Assembly (NCBI GenBank): GCA_964612665.1
Contig: CAZTCI010000003.1
Coordinates: 207,734 to 271,733, forward strand
DNA from: an uncultured Planctomycetales bacterium
Lineage (GTDB): Bacteria > Omnitrophota > Gorgyraeia > Zapsychrales > JAHFFX01
Reading direction: 5' to 3'
Length of the DNA stretch: 64,000 bases
Of the stretch, positions 1-9,490 are shown piece after piece. The notes under the pieces were generated by a model. That model ran no database searches and was not told the origin of the DNA. It saw only the letters and a list, made by a program, of their open reading frames with translations. The position numbers and the translations under genes were made by a program. Position 1 is the stretch's first letter; each line of letters opens with the position of its first letter.

Positions 1-248
1 AAATCTTTATAGGCCGGATCTGAAAAATTAACACCGGCAAAATAATGCGGGGCATGGCAATGGAACGGAATCTTTAGCTGTTGCCAGTATGAAACAGTTT
101 CGAGCGGCGATTTGGGGTCAATAAAGAGTTCAAGATAATCGAAAATTTTTTGCTGATAGAGGTCTTGCACGGGTTTTAGGTAATTTAAATTTGAGGACCA
201 CAGCTTTAGACCGATTTTGAACATAGAGAGAAATGATAAATTTACGAC

Positions 249-297
249 GGGCGGTTGCCCGATTTGATTAGCGCCGAAGCAACCGCCCGCCTTTTTT
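249..297. terminator. Intrinsic terminator hairpin (GGGCGGTTGC...GCAACCGCCC) followed by TTTTTT on the plus strand; sits just downstream of the minus-strand NHL gene stop
   Basis: 10-bp perfect GC-rich stem at 249-258/279-288 with a 20-nt loop and a T6 run at 292-297, read directly in the sequence. Confidence 0.6.
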
Positions 298-308
298 AAT
301 TAGCTTCC

Positions 309-1271
309 TTACTTATCAAACTTCGCAACAATATCCTGCAAATTAATCTTCTGTATACGGTTGGTGTTCTGTTCAACCGTATATATCAAACCCGGACCGG
401 CGGAAACCAAATTAGTCACCGACTTAAATTGTCCAGCTTCCGTCCCGGCGCTCCCCAAAGATTCCAAAAATTTTCCGTCGGTGTTATAAAGACACAACTG
501 ACTACCGCTGTAATTAGGAACGAGCAGCAAATTTTTACTTAAAAAACGCACAGCCAGCGGTTCCAAAGGCCCGGGCGCTGCATCAAAAGCTTTAATATAT
601 TTGCCGTCTAACGAAAACACCCGGACCGCTTTATGCATCCCGCGGTCAACGGTATATAAATACTTTTCACCGTCGGTTGTGATGCCGTGCGGCAAAAACG
701 GTTCTTTGGCCGGCGGCTGGCCTTTTTCTGGAACTTTTAATAAATCAACTTCCATTCTTCCCAGATAATGCCCATCGGGACTCACCTTAATAATCTCTTC
801 TAAATCATAATCGGCAACATAAACGTTATTGTTTTTATCCACCGTAACAGAGATAGGGCGTTTAATCTTTTGGTCACGCACCAATTCCTGGTCCCAATTC
901 ACCACTTCTTTCAAATCTTTATCAAACTTAAGCACCCGATGATTGTTATACGTCGCCACATAGATAAAACCATTGCTGTCCACTTTAATTCCGTGAGCGT
1001 AAGGGACATTATTGATCGTGCCAGCGTCTTTAAAATTCGAATCAAAAATCAAAACATTATTTTTACGGTAATTAGGAATATAAATTTTCTGCCCGTCAGC
1101 ATCAATGTCGTAAACGGAATTATCCATGCTGTCGACTAAAGCTTCAACCCCAATATATTTAATTTTTTCAGTTTTAAGAGTAGGCACGTCCGCTCCTCCT
1201 GTCGCTAAAAGAAAAAAGTTCAAGATCGTTCCCAACATCATCCAGCGAATTGTTTGTGACATTAACCGCAT
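309..1271 (-). CDS. Secreted NHL-repeat (six-bladed beta-propeller) protein
   Basis: N-terminal signal peptide (MRLMSQTIRWMMLGTILNFFLLATGGA). Repeated YVADxxNHRV / YVADYDLEEIIKV / LIYTVEQNTNRIQK blades typical of NHL repeats. Confidence 0.6.
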   Translation of the reverse strand: MRLMSQTIRWMMLGTILNFFLLATGGADVPTLKTEKIKYIGVEALVDSMDNSVYDIDADGQKIYIPNYRKNNVLIFDSNFKDAGTINNVPYAHGIKVDSNGFIYVATYNNHRVLKFDKDLKEVVNWDQELVRDQKIKRPISVTVDKNNNVYVADYDLEEIIKVSPDGHYLGRMEVDLLKVPEKGQPPAKEPFLPHGITTDGEKYLYTVDRGMHKAVRVFSLDGKYIKAFDAAPGPLEPLAVRFLSKNLLLVPNYSGSQLCLYNTDGKFLESLGSAGTEAGQFKSVTNLVSAGPGLIYTVEQNTNRIQKINLQDIVAKFDK

Positions 1272-1296
1272 ATTCCCTCCTTGATCATTTTTCCAA

Positions 1297-2433
1297 TCAA
1301 ACTGTCACAGTATCCCAAATGTTATCTTTAACCCACTGCCCGTTTTCTTTCCGCCAAACCCGCGGATTACGGAAAGTGTCCGCAATCGCCCAAAACTCTT
1401 TTTCACTCATCCCGACGTAATTTAACCAATAAAACAAATCGCTAGAAACAACATGATCGTATTTACGGACCATTTCAATGCCCTCTTCGCGCGTCATATA
1501 ACCGGAGCGAATATCTTTCGAGGCATGGTCCGAAGCGCGGCCGTAACCGAACTTAACATATTTCAACAGATCATGTATCCCGTTTTCGTAGCGGTCATCC
1601 AAATTAGACATCTGGCGGTAAGTGCGTTCAAACGGTTGGTTTGCCGTCTTCCAGCCATATTTTTCCTGCATCAATTTAGCGTGCCAATTCGGGTCCCATT
1701 TAAAAAAGTTGCCGATGTATAATCCCCTCACCCCCACGCGCAAAATTTCATCATCGCTGGGATACTGGGCCCACTGCAAATCTTTTTCGGTCAATCTCTC
1801 GACGGGATCATTCAGCATATCTTCCCACTCAAATCCCCGCAGCCCGTGTTCATGGCGGACCCGGGCGCTGAATTCCACATAATCACTCGGATCAAACATC
1901 CCGGCAATGTCCCAAGGAATTTCTCCCCAAATCAAAAATGGGATATTAAACTTAACCGCGATCTGAATCGGATAAGTAAATATCCCGCAATGATTTTGCC
2001 AGTTCATGTCGCCCATTTTCCGAAAACATAACCGGTTCAATTTTTTTAAAACCTCGACGCTCGGCCCGAAGACCAAATGATCCGCGTCAAAAACCTGACG
2101 CATCCGGTCGCGGTTGTAATCTCCCTCGGGAAGATAATTATTGCCATGATAGGTCACGAGCAAAGGTTTTAACCCGTATTCAACGGCCATCTTGTGCGTC
2201 TGATAATAACTGTCCTTCCCGCCGCTGACCGGAACAATACAATCGTAGCCGGACGTATTGTGTTGACGGATTTCCTCGACGATTTTTTCGAATCTTTCCT
2301 TGCGTTTGGCCCAGAATTCCGGCGTCAGCTGTTCATATTTCTCATGAGCACGGCAGGCGCTGCAAATGCCTTCTTCATCAAATGACAAATTAACCGCAAT
2401 TTCTGGATAGACACACCGTTTGCAATAATGCAT
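1297..2433 (-). CDS. pseA: N-acetyl sugar amidotransferase (PseA/WbuX family, PP-loop ATPase) that forms acetamidino groups on N-acetyl sugars
   Basis: 378 aa, N-terminal Cys-rich CxxC...CxxC segment, PP-loop-like VSGGKDS. Lies next to HisH/HisF-like genes, as in WbuX-WbuY-WbuZ and Campylobacter PseA. Confidence 0.6.
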   Translation of the reverse strand: MHYCKRCVYPEIAVNLSFDEEGICSACRAHEKYEQLTPEFWAKRKERFEKIVEEIRQHNTSGYDCIVPVSGGKDSYYQTHKMAVEYGLKPLLVTYHGNNYLPEGDYNRDRMRQVFDADHLVFGPSVEVLKKLNRLCFRKMGDMNWQNHCGIFTYPIQIAVKFNIPFLIWGEIPWDIAGMFDPSDYVEFSARVRHEHGLRGFEWEDMLNDPVERLTEKDLQWAQYPSDDEILRVGVRGLYIGNFFKWDPNWHAKLMQEKYGWKTANQPFERTYRQMSNLDDRYENGIHDLLKYVKFGYGRASDHASKDIRSGYMTREEGIEMVRKYDHVVSSDLFYWLNYVGMSEKEFWAIADTFRNPRVWRKENGQWVKDNIWDTVTV

Positions 2434-2466
2434 AAATCCTCCTAATAATTTCTAAAGCTTTAAGTG

Positions 2467-3273
2467 TCAAACCTTAATTAAATCCGGCCGACGGACATTA
2501 CAGCCGTGTTCATAAAGAAATTTTCGAGCGAGATACACGCTTTGATCTCGATAATGAAAAATGTTCGCCGCCGCGACGGCATCAACTTTTGTTGTTTGAA
2601 AAGCTTCCAGAAAATGGTCCCATTCCCCGACGCCGCCCAAAGCAATAACGGGAATTTTAACGGCTTCGCTCACGTCTTGTAACAACTTTAAATCGTAGCC
2701 CATTCCCATCCCGTCACGTTCGATCGAATTTAAAAGAATCTCACCGGCGCCGGCTTCTTCAACCATTTTGGCCCACTGCACAGCGTTATAAGGACTTGAA
2801 TATTTTCCACCCGCGCGCATAACTATGTAACATCCGTCGAGCATTTTAACATCCATCGAAACAATGATGCATTGCGAACCAAATTCTCTGGCAGCCGCCG
2901 TGATAAATGTTGGATCTTCTAGAGCTTTTGTATTCGTTGAAATTTTATCTGCGCCGTTTTTCAAACGGTGTTCGATATCTTCGAGAGAACGGATTTTGCC
3001 GCCCATCGTGATCGGCATATAACATTCTTTCGAAACATCCCGCATAATTTCCAAAATGTTATCTCGATTAGGATGCCGGATATCATCGCGGTACATGTCA
3101 TAAACATCATCACGCGTGATATCGAGATAAATAAGCTCGTCGGAACTCCACTCACTCAAACGTCTGACCGCCGTCACGGGATTGCCTAAATTTTGATACC
3201 GACTGAATTCTCGGCTTTGCACTAAAAATCCGTTCCTCAAAAGCAAGACGGGAATAATTCTATTTTTTTTCAT
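2467..3273 (-). CDS. HisF-like imidazole glycerol phosphate synthase cyclase subunit paralog (WbuZ-type)
   Basis: IIPVLLLRNGFLVQS...DELIYLDI...ALGGVG motifs of the HisA/HisF TIM-barrel family. The context is glycan-cluster, not his-operon. Confidence 0.65.
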   Translation of the reverse strand: MKKNRIIPVLLLRNGFLVQSREFSRYQNLGNPVTAVRRLSEWSSDELIYLDITRDDVYDMYRDDIRHPNRDNILEIMRDVSKECYMPITMGGKIRSLEDIEHRLKNGADKISTNTKALEDPTFITAAAREFGSQCIIVSMDVKMLDGCYIVMRAGGKYSSPYNAVQWAKMVEEAGAGEILLNSIERDGMGMGYDLKLLQDVSEAVKIPVIALGGVGEWDHFLEAFQTTKVDAVAAANIFHYRDQSVYLARKFLYEHGCNVRRPDLIKV

Positions 3274-3893
3274 CGCATATTCAAGAAGTTTCTGATAAGT
3301 ATCTTGCCGGCTTTCTGGCTTTTTTCAGGATGAAACTGCACACCCATCATATTGTCCCGGCTGATCACCGCAGGAAACTCCTGCCCATAAAAGCATACGG
3401 CGTTCACACATTTAGAATCTTGCGCTTCAAAGCAGAAACTGTTTACAAAGTAAAAATCCATTTCCTCACTTATGCCGGCCAGGAGCGGTGTGGGATTGGG
3501 GATTTTAAAATTGTTCCACCCGACGTGTGGCAGCAAAAGACCAGGCGCCTCAATTTTCTTAACAACACCCGGAATCCACCCTAATCCTTTAAACGTCCCA
3601 TATTCAAATCCCTGCTCAGCCAAGATCTGCATGCCGACGCAAATCCCTAAAAAAGGTTTACGCTGTTTTAAAACTTCTTTTTCCAAAAGCGGAATCAGCA
3701 AAAGCTTTTGCAGTTTTTCCATCGCTGTTCCAAACGCACCCACACCGGGCAAAACGATATGTGTTGCCTTATTCAAATCTTCCGGCGCATTCGAAACGAT
3801 TACAGTGGAATGCAGATTCTTAAAGATGTTGTAAACCGATTGCACGTTTCCGGAGCCGTAATCAACAATACAAACTAAAACAGAATCTTCCAT
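3270..3893 (-). CDS. HisH-like class I glutamine amidotransferase (WbuY-type)
   Basis: IVDYGSGNVQSV...LPGVGAFG...ICVGMQIL (catalytic Cys) ...VQFHPEKS (His-Glu). Overlaps the downstream hisF-like gene by 4 nt. Confidence 0.7.
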   Translation of the reverse strand: MEDSVLVCIVDYGSGNVQSVYNIFKNLHSTVIVSNAPEDLNKATHIVLPGVGAFGTAMEKLQKLLLIPLLEKEVLKQRKPFLGICVGMQILAEQGFEYGTFKGLGWIPGVVKKIEAPGLLLPHVGWNNFKIPNPTPLLAGISEEMDFYFVNSFCFEAQDSKCVNAVCFYGQEFPAVISRDNMMGVQFHPEKSQKAGKILIRNFLNMR

Positions 3894-3896
3894 CGC

Positions 3897-4649
3897 TCAC
3901 TTAAGCTGCTTTTGGGTAATATTTCTATTGAGTTTCTCTAATTCAGGGTGCTGCTGCATCAAGCTAACAATCTCAGGCAAAAAGAAATCGTGTCCTCGTC
4001 GGTAAATATGCTTGTAAATCGATTCTATGAGTTCAAAATCCTCTGGTGTGTCCAGCGTCCAGCGGTATTGAGAGTAATTCATTTTGTTTTTTAAAAAATA
4101 AATCTTCTTAACGTGCTCATAAAGATACGGTGTCACATGCTCGCGCTGATAAAGTTCTTTGGCTTTTTGAAAAGCGTCTTCAAGAACCGGCCGCGAAAAA
4201 ATTTCAGCATCCAAACCGCGCGGAAAAGTCCGTTCATTCAAGTTCAAACTAATATTCGTCACGACATCGTATTGACCAGTCTTAAAAATCTCAATCATGG
4301 CCTCAATAATCTTAGGATCAATCAACGGACAATCGGCCGTGATGCGGATAATTCCGTCGGCATTGTATTGCTGGACAGCAAAATAGTAGCGACCTAAAAC
4401 ATCTTCTTCACTACCGCGGAAATAAGCAATGCCTTTTACTTCGCATAATTTCGCGACTTGGTCATCGGCAGAGGCCGTTGTCGTAGCTACCACAATCTGA
4501 TTAATACCCTGCGCTAATTTAAGACGTTCAACGACCTGTTCTAAGACGGTTTTATCAATAAGCGTTTTCAAAATTTTCCCTGGCAAACGAGTTGAATTCA
4601 TCCGGGCCTGAATGACAGCGACAATGTTATTAGATTTCTTTGTCATCAA
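3897..4649 (-). CDS. CMP-sugar (acylneuraminate/pseudaminate-type) cytidylyltransferase, SpsF/PseF-like
   Basis: VAVIQARMNSTRLPGKILK cytidylyltransferase signature; position in the pse-like operon. Confidence 0.55.
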   Translation of the reverse strand: MMTKKSNNIVAVIQARMNSTRLPGKILKTLIDKTVLEQVVERLKLAQGINQIVVATTTASADDQVAKLCEVKGIAYFRGSEEDVLGRYYFAVQQYNADGIIRITADCPLIDPKIIEAMIEIFKTGQYDVVTNISLNLNERTFPRGLDAEIFSRPVLEDAFQKAKELYQREHVTPYLYEHVKKIYFLKNKMNYSQYRWTLDTPEDFELIESIYKHIYRRGHDFFLPEIVSLMQQHPELEKLNRNITQKQLK

Positions 4650-5803
4650 TGAACCAAGGCTTTTATGCCGTTAATCACCGTTTGCACCTGGCTTTCAGTC
4701 ATCGACGGAAAAAGCGGCAGACTTAACGTTTCTTCGTAATACCGTTCAGCATTCGGGCACAATCCTTTTTTAAATCCTAAGCGGCGGTAATAGGGTTGAC
4801 AATAAATTGGAATGTAATGGACTTGAGACCCCACACCATGAAATTCCGCCAAGGCGCTGATAAATTTTTGCCGGGTTGTTTTAAGTTTCTTAAAATTAAT
4901 GCGAACGGCGAACAAATGATGCGCACTTTCAAATTCACAATTCGTCTGCGCGGCTTGGAAATAAGGCAAGTCTTTAAACGCTTCCTGATATTGGGCAGCA
5001 ATCTCTCGACGCTCTTCAATAAACCGGTCCAGCTTTTTTAACTGCGACAAACCTAACGCGCATTGAAAATCAGTGACCCGGTAATTAAACCCGAGTTCGC
5101 GCATCTCGTAAAACCAGGGGCCAATCTTCTGTGTTTTCTCGTCGCGGTAAATCCCATGCGTGCGCAGCGCTAAAAGTTTTTTATATAATTCCGGGTCGTT
5201 GGTTGCGATCGCGCCGCCTTCACCCAGCGTCATGGTTTTGACCGGATGAAAACTAAAAACCGTCATATCCGAATGCCGGCAGCTGCCGACTTTAACCCAT
5301 TCGCCCTTGTAATGGTATCGCGCGCCCAAGGCATGTGAGCCGTCTTCAATGATTTTAATCTTTTGTCGAAGAGCAATCGTATAAATCTCCGGCATCCGGC
5401 ACGGAAGGCCGCCGAAATGCACTGGCAAAATTACTTTCGTGCTGGGCCGGATCTTTTTCGCAATTTGTCCCGGATCAATATTGACCGTCGCCGGTTCAAT
5501 ATCGGCGAAGACGACTTTTCCCTGTACATACAAAACACTGTTGGATGTGGCGACAAAACTAATCGGCGTTGTAATCGCGTCCCAATTCTTTTTTAAATCC
5601 AACGCCAGAACAGCCAGATGAAGCGCTGCGGTCCCCGACGACACCGCAACCGCGTAACGCGCACCGCAATACTGCGCCAGCGCTTCTTCAAATTCTTTAA
5701 CCCGCGGGCCCTGGGTCAACCAATCGGTTGAAAGTGTTTTTAAAACGGCATCAATGTCATCAAATTCAATTGTCTGGCGTCCGTAAGGAATCACTGTCAT
5801 CAC
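4646..5803 (-). CDS. pseC: DegT/DnrJ/EryC1-family PLP aminotransferase, PseC-like (UDP-4-amino-4,6-dideoxy-N-acetyl-beta-L-altrosamine transaminase)
   Basis: 385 aa; FSFHPVKTMTLGEGGAIATND lysine motif; immediately downstream of pseB. Confidence 0.65.
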   Translation of the reverse strand: MMTVIPYGRQTIEFDDIDAVLKTLSTDWLTQGPRVKEFEEALAQYCGARYAVAVSSGTAALHLAVLALDLKKNWDAITTPISFVATSNSVLYVQGKVVFADIEPATVNIDPGQIAKKIRPSTKVILPVHFGGLPCRMPEIYTIALRQKIKIIEDGSHALGARYHYKGEWVKVGSCRHSDMTVFSFHPVKTMTLGEGGAIATNDPELYKKLLALRTHGIYRDEKTQKIGPWFYEMRELGFNYRVTDFQCALGLSQLKKLDRFIEERREIAAQYQEAFKDLPYFQAAQTNCEFESAHHLFAVRINFKKLKTTRQKFISALAEFHGVGSQVHYIPIYCQPYYRRLGFKKGLCPNAERYYEETLSLPLFPSMTESQVQTVINGIKALVH

Positions 5804-6771
5804 AAACCTTCTTTTTCAATCATTGCGCGCAGTTTTTCAATCGTGAGCCATTGTGTGTTGGTATCGCTGCGGTAACCGGCGAAATCGATTCCTAAATATT
5901 TTCCATTGATTTTCCGGTCGCCTAAAGCGACCTTAGAATAAATGACAAACTTATCTTTAAATTCATAACTGTCAATACCGTCATCGGCGGAAAGCAATGT
6001 TTCGTGAAGTTTTTCGCCCGGACGCAGGCCGATTGTTTTGTATTTACATTTCGGCGCGATGGCTTTGGCGAGATCCACAATGCGCATGCTGTCGATTTTG
6101 GGGATATAAACCTCCCCGCCTTCCATTTCTTCTATACACTTTAAAACAAATTTAACGCCCTGGGTTAAGGTGATCCAAAAACGGGTCATACGCTCGTCGG
6201 TAATTGGGATTTCGCCGGTCTTGGCGCATTCCCGGAAAAACGGAATGACACTGCCGCGCGAACCAAAGACATTTCCATAACGCACTACACTAAATTTTGT
6301 TTGAGCTTGGCCAGAATAATTGTTGGCGGCGATAAACATTTTTTCCGCGCATAATTTGGTCGCGCCGTAGAGATTAACGGGATTAGCCGCCTTATCGGTG
6401 CTTAAGGCGATGACTCTCTCGACATTATTGTTAATCGCCATATTAATAATATTTTCGGCACCGAAAACATTGGTTTTAACCGCTTCAAATGGATTGTATT
6501 CTGCCGTCGGAACAATCTTGAGCGCCGCGGCATGGACCACAATGTCAACACCGTTTAATGCCCGGTGCAAACGGTCGCTGTCGCGCACATCACCGACAAA
6601 ATACCGGATGCATTCCTGATTATATTTCTTACGCATTTCATATTGCTTCATTTCATCGCGGCTGAAAACGATCAGCTTTTTGGGTTTATATTCTTTCAGC
6701 ACAATCTCGACGAACTTCTGGCCAAAGGATCCTGTTCCACCGGTTACCAGAACAACTTTGTTATTGAGCAT
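5800..6771 (-). CDS. pseB: UDP-N-acetylglucosamine 4,6-dehydratase (inverting), PseB/FlaA1-like
   Basis: VLVTGGTGSFGQKFV Rossmann motif, 323 aa, strong family resemblance to PseB/CapD. Confidence 0.7.
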   Translation of the reverse strand: MLNNKVVLVTGGTGSFGQKFVEIVLKEYKPKKLIVFSRDEMKQYEMRKKYNQECIRYFVGDVRDSDRLHRALNGVDIVVHAAALKIVPTAEYNPFEAVKTNVFGAENIINMAINNNVERVIALSTDKAANPVNLYGATKLCAEKMFIAANNYSGQAQTKFSVVRYGNVFGSRGSVIPFFRECAKTGEIPITDERMTRFWITLTQGVKFVLKCIEEMEGGEVYIPKIDSMRIVDLAKAIAPKCKYKTIGLRPGEKLHETLLSADDGIDSYEFKDKFVIYSKVALGDRKINGKYLGIDFAGYRSDTNTQWLTIEKLRAMIEKEGL

Positions 6772-6804
6772 AGATTCCCTTTCAGACTAAGTGTTTAAAA
6801 CTAT

Positions 6805-6845
6805 TTGAACGCGAATTATCGCGAATTACACACGAATATTCGCGT
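6805..6845. repeat. Hairpin element AACGCGAATTATCGCGAATTACACACGAATATTCGCGTT between the ABC exporter and pseB; related to the element at 39347-39390
   Basis: Read in the sequence: arms aacgcgaat/attcgcgtt; shares the cgcgRattacacac core with 39347. Confidence 0.5.
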
Positions 6846-6849
6846 TTCA

Positions 6850-8628
6850 TTAATTTTTCTTATAAAGACTGTAATACGCTTTCTCTCGATGCAGCAACGC
6901 CTCGTGCGTTCCTTCTTCTTGAATCACGCCTTTTTCAATCACAATAATATTGTCAGCCTGCTGGATTGTCGATAAACGGTGAGCAATAATTAAAACGGTT
7001 GTTTGCTTGGCGATTTTCTGGATGGCTTCTTGAATCACTTTTTCAGAAATATTGTCCAGAGCACTGGTCGCTTCATCCAAAATAATTAGTTGTGGATTGC
7101 GCACAATCGCGCGGGCGATTGCAATCCGCTGGCGCTGGCCGCCGGATAGTTTTGTTCCAGCATCTCCGACGATGGTTGCATAACCTTCTGGACACTGAAT
7201 TATAAAATCATGGGCATTCGCCGTTTGGGCGGCTTGAATGATTTGTTCATCCGAAATATTTTCCAAACCAAACGCAATATTGTCTCGAATCGTACTGTTA
7301 AAAACAAAGGTCTCCTGGCTCACATAACCAATCAATCCCAAATATGAAGCCAACGTATATTCGCGGATATCGACGTTGTCAATCGAAACCACACCGCGTT
7401 CAGCATCGTAAAGTCTTAATAAAAGATGGATCAAAGTTGATTTGCCACTACCCGACGGACCGACAATCGCGGTGATTTTCCGTTTGGGGATCGAAAAACT
7501 CACGTCTTTTAAAATCCATTCCTCCATCTGCGGATATTGGAAGGAAACTTTTTCAAAGCGGATTGTTTCTTTAAACTGCGCCAGTTTTTTGGAACCATCC
7601 GCTTGCGGCGTTATGTCTTTGTGCAGTGTGTCGTAAACAATCTTCATATCCGGCATAAAACGGGCAATGGCGACAACGTCATTGCCGACGAGATTTAAAT
7701 AAGGAAAGAGCCGGCTTGCGACCATCGCAAACGTGGCTAAGATCGGAAGCATGGTTAAAATGTTTTGGGAAGATTTCGTGCTGAGAAATAATCCACCAAC
7801 CGCAATAATCATAAAGAAAGTAAACTTTAAGAAATTCTCCGGCAGCATTTTTCCCATCATGACGCGCAAACCATAATGAGCGCTTTGATCAACGGCTCTG
7901 GCATACTTTTTCTCCCAGCTATCCAGACTCAAATAAGCGCGGATCGTTTTGATGCCGGTTATAAATTCATTTAAGATAATATTCTTTTTGCGGTCTTCCT
8001 CGACGAGTAAATGGGATGCTTGAGTAATCACTAACGAAGTAGTCTTCTTGATAAAAAAAACATAAAAAAGCCCGATCAATAAAATCAAAAGTGTTCCCTG
8101 CCAGGCCAGAAGGATGAGTAGAAATGAAAAAAACAGTGAGGTGATCAAATTATTGGCAATACGCAAAGCATAAATGATGACATTTGAAACACCGATCGGT
8201 GAAATCGTTCCCGCGTAAATCAATTGCCCTTGCTGGTGATTCACAAAAAACGCGTACTGCGCCTGACGATAACGGTTAAAGATTGCTTTTTGATGGTCGG
8301 AGACTATTTTTTGCGTCAGTTCATTCGCGCAAGAATTATAAAAAATCTTAAATCCAGTCGCCAAAAAAGTAACCACACCCAAAAAAACGCAGGACGCCAC
8401 CAATTGATTGGGAATACCCAGCGATCCAACCAACCATTCAATCACGTACAGTGTTTTAGACGTCGTCGGCAAAGCCAGCCCGTAATTGATGATTGGATAA
8501 AGCGCCGCGAGATTAAGCGATTCTAAGAGACCAGAAACCATCATCAAAATCAAAACGAATAGTGTTTGTTTTTTATAGGATTGAAAAAAATACGCGATAA
8601 TGTTTATTTTTTCTTTTCTGGTCATATC
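6850..8628 (-). CDS. ABC transporter, fused permease/ATPase exporter (MsbA-like)
   Basis: Six transmembrane segments, then an NBD with GPSGSGKST Walker A, LSGGQRQRIAIARA signature and ILDEATSALD Walker B. The start is set at the internal Met (MTRKEK) to avoid overlapping the upstream gene; the ORF could extend to 8688. Confidence 0.75.
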   Translation of the reverse strand, partial: DMTRKEKINIIAYFFQSYKKQTLFVLILMMVSGLLESLNLAALYPIINYGLALPTTSKTLYVIEWLVGSLGIPNQLVASCVFLGVVTFLATGFKIFYNSCANELTQKIVSDHQKAIFNRYRQAQYAFFVNHQQGQLIYAGTISPIGVSNVIIYALRIANNLITSLFFSFLLILLAWQGTLLILLIGLFYVFFIKKTTSLVITQASHLLVEEDRKKNIILNEFITGIKTIRAYLSLDSWEKKYARAVDQSAHYGLRVMMGKMLPENFLKFTFFMIIAVGGLFLSTKSSQNILTMLPILATFAMVASRLFPYLNLVGNDVVAIARFMPDMKIVYDTLHKDITPQADGSKKLAQFKETIRFEKVSFQYPQMEEWILKDVSFSIPKRKITAIVGPSGSGKSTLIHLLLRLYDAERGVVSIDNVDIREYTLASYLGLIGYVSQETFVFNSTIRDNIAFGLENISDEQIIQAAQTANAHDFIIQCPEGYATIVGDAGTKLSGGQRQRIAIARAIVRNPQLIILDEATSALDNISEKVIQEAIQKIAKQTTVLIIAHRLSTIQQADNIIVIEKGVIQEEGTHEALLHREKAYYSLYKKN

Positions 8629-8635
8629 AAGCTTT

Positions 8636-9340
8636 TTAAGATGAAACCAATGGTGTATGTTTCTCTTGCAATGAAGCGCGTCTGGCAAATATGGTTTGTT
8701 TGGCGAGCTCAGTAATTAAATTAACGGTGCGCTTATATTGATGATCCGATGCAAATTCTTCCTGACAAATCAGCAGAACGGCTTTGGAATCGTTAATCTT
8801 GTCTATATCAAAGTACGCAATATTAAATGGTTCTTGAAAAAATTTTTGCCGGATAACCATTTCAACTAAAAAAGCTAAATCCGAATGTCCAACGATGACA
8901 AAATTAAATGCCCCTTCTTTCTTTAATTGGACAATAATCCGCTCAACCCCTTCTCGAATCAAACTGATCGAATGAAGTGTTTTAACGGTATATTTAACAG
9001 ACTTACGCATCTTCTCGGAAAATCCGCGGGGCGTTAGGATGTATTCGACTTTACGCTGGTTAAGCTGACGGATACGGATGTATCCCTTAGAAATCAAACG
9101 GCGGATAAGCATGTTGACCATGCCTAAGGAAAGATTTAGTTGGCGGGAAAGGTTGCGCTGATTTGAACCCATCTCAGCGCCGATAATATTGACGAGTTCA
9201 AATTCACGTTCATTTAAATTTTCTTTGATCCGAATCATAAGGAAACGCCGGGAGTTAGAATGTTCAATGAATGAACGTATTATAAGTGGCCGCTTTCCTG
9301 TGTCAAGGTCAAATTCTTGGACTTTTCTGGTTGCCCGCAT
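8636..9340 (-). CDS. Winged-helix (MarR/TrmB-like) transcriptional regulator with a C-terminal Rossmann-like domain of unknown function
   Basis: The N-terminal ELVNIIGAEMGSNQRNLSRQLNLSLGMVNMLIRRLISKGYI region resembles a wHTH. It is transcribed divergently from the GT-C gene at 9502. Confidence 0.45.
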   Translation of the reverse strand: MRATRKVQEFDLDTGKRPLIIRSFIEHSNSRRFLMIRIKENLNEREFELVNIIGAEMGSNQRNLSRQLNLSLGMVNMLIRRLISKGYIRIRQLNQRKVEYILTPRGFSEKMRKSVKYTVKTLHSISLIREGVERIIVQLKKEGAFNFVIVGHSDLAFLVEMVIRQKFFQEPFNIAYFDIDKINDSKAVLLICQEEFASDHQYKRTVNLITELAKQTIFARRASLQEKHTPLVSS

Positions 9341-9358
9341 TCCTTTATGTGCTAGAAT
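9331..9358 (+). promoter_or_regulatory. Sigma70-like promoter for the GT-C gene: -35 TTGCCC (9331-9336), 16-nt spacer, extended -10 TGcTAGAAT (9350-9358)
   Basis: Motifs read directly. A similar TGTGCTAGTAA box lies upstream of the paralog at 25405-25415. Confidence 0.4.
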
Positions 9359-9382
9359 GCCACTAAAATTTTTACCTGATCA

Positions 9383-9490
9383 GGACTTTCGCGTTTGGCT
9401 ATTCTCTCACGGAGAACCTGTTCTGCCTTTTCTAATACTGATGAAGGCAGAGCTGGTTCTCAGTTCGTTCATAGCCAAACGCGAAAGTCC
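9383..9490 (+). promoter_or_regulatory. 108-nt near-perfect leader hairpin in the 5' region of the GT-C gene. The outer stem is 20 bp, GGACTTTCGCGTTTGGCTAT / ATAGCCAAACGCGAAAGTCC. The inner stem is about 13 bp, GAGAACCTGTTCTGCCTT / AAGGCAGAGCTGGTTCTC
   Basis: Inverted repeats read directly. No U-tract follows, so this looks like an attenuator, operator or RNA element rather than a simple terminator. Confidence 0.5.
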
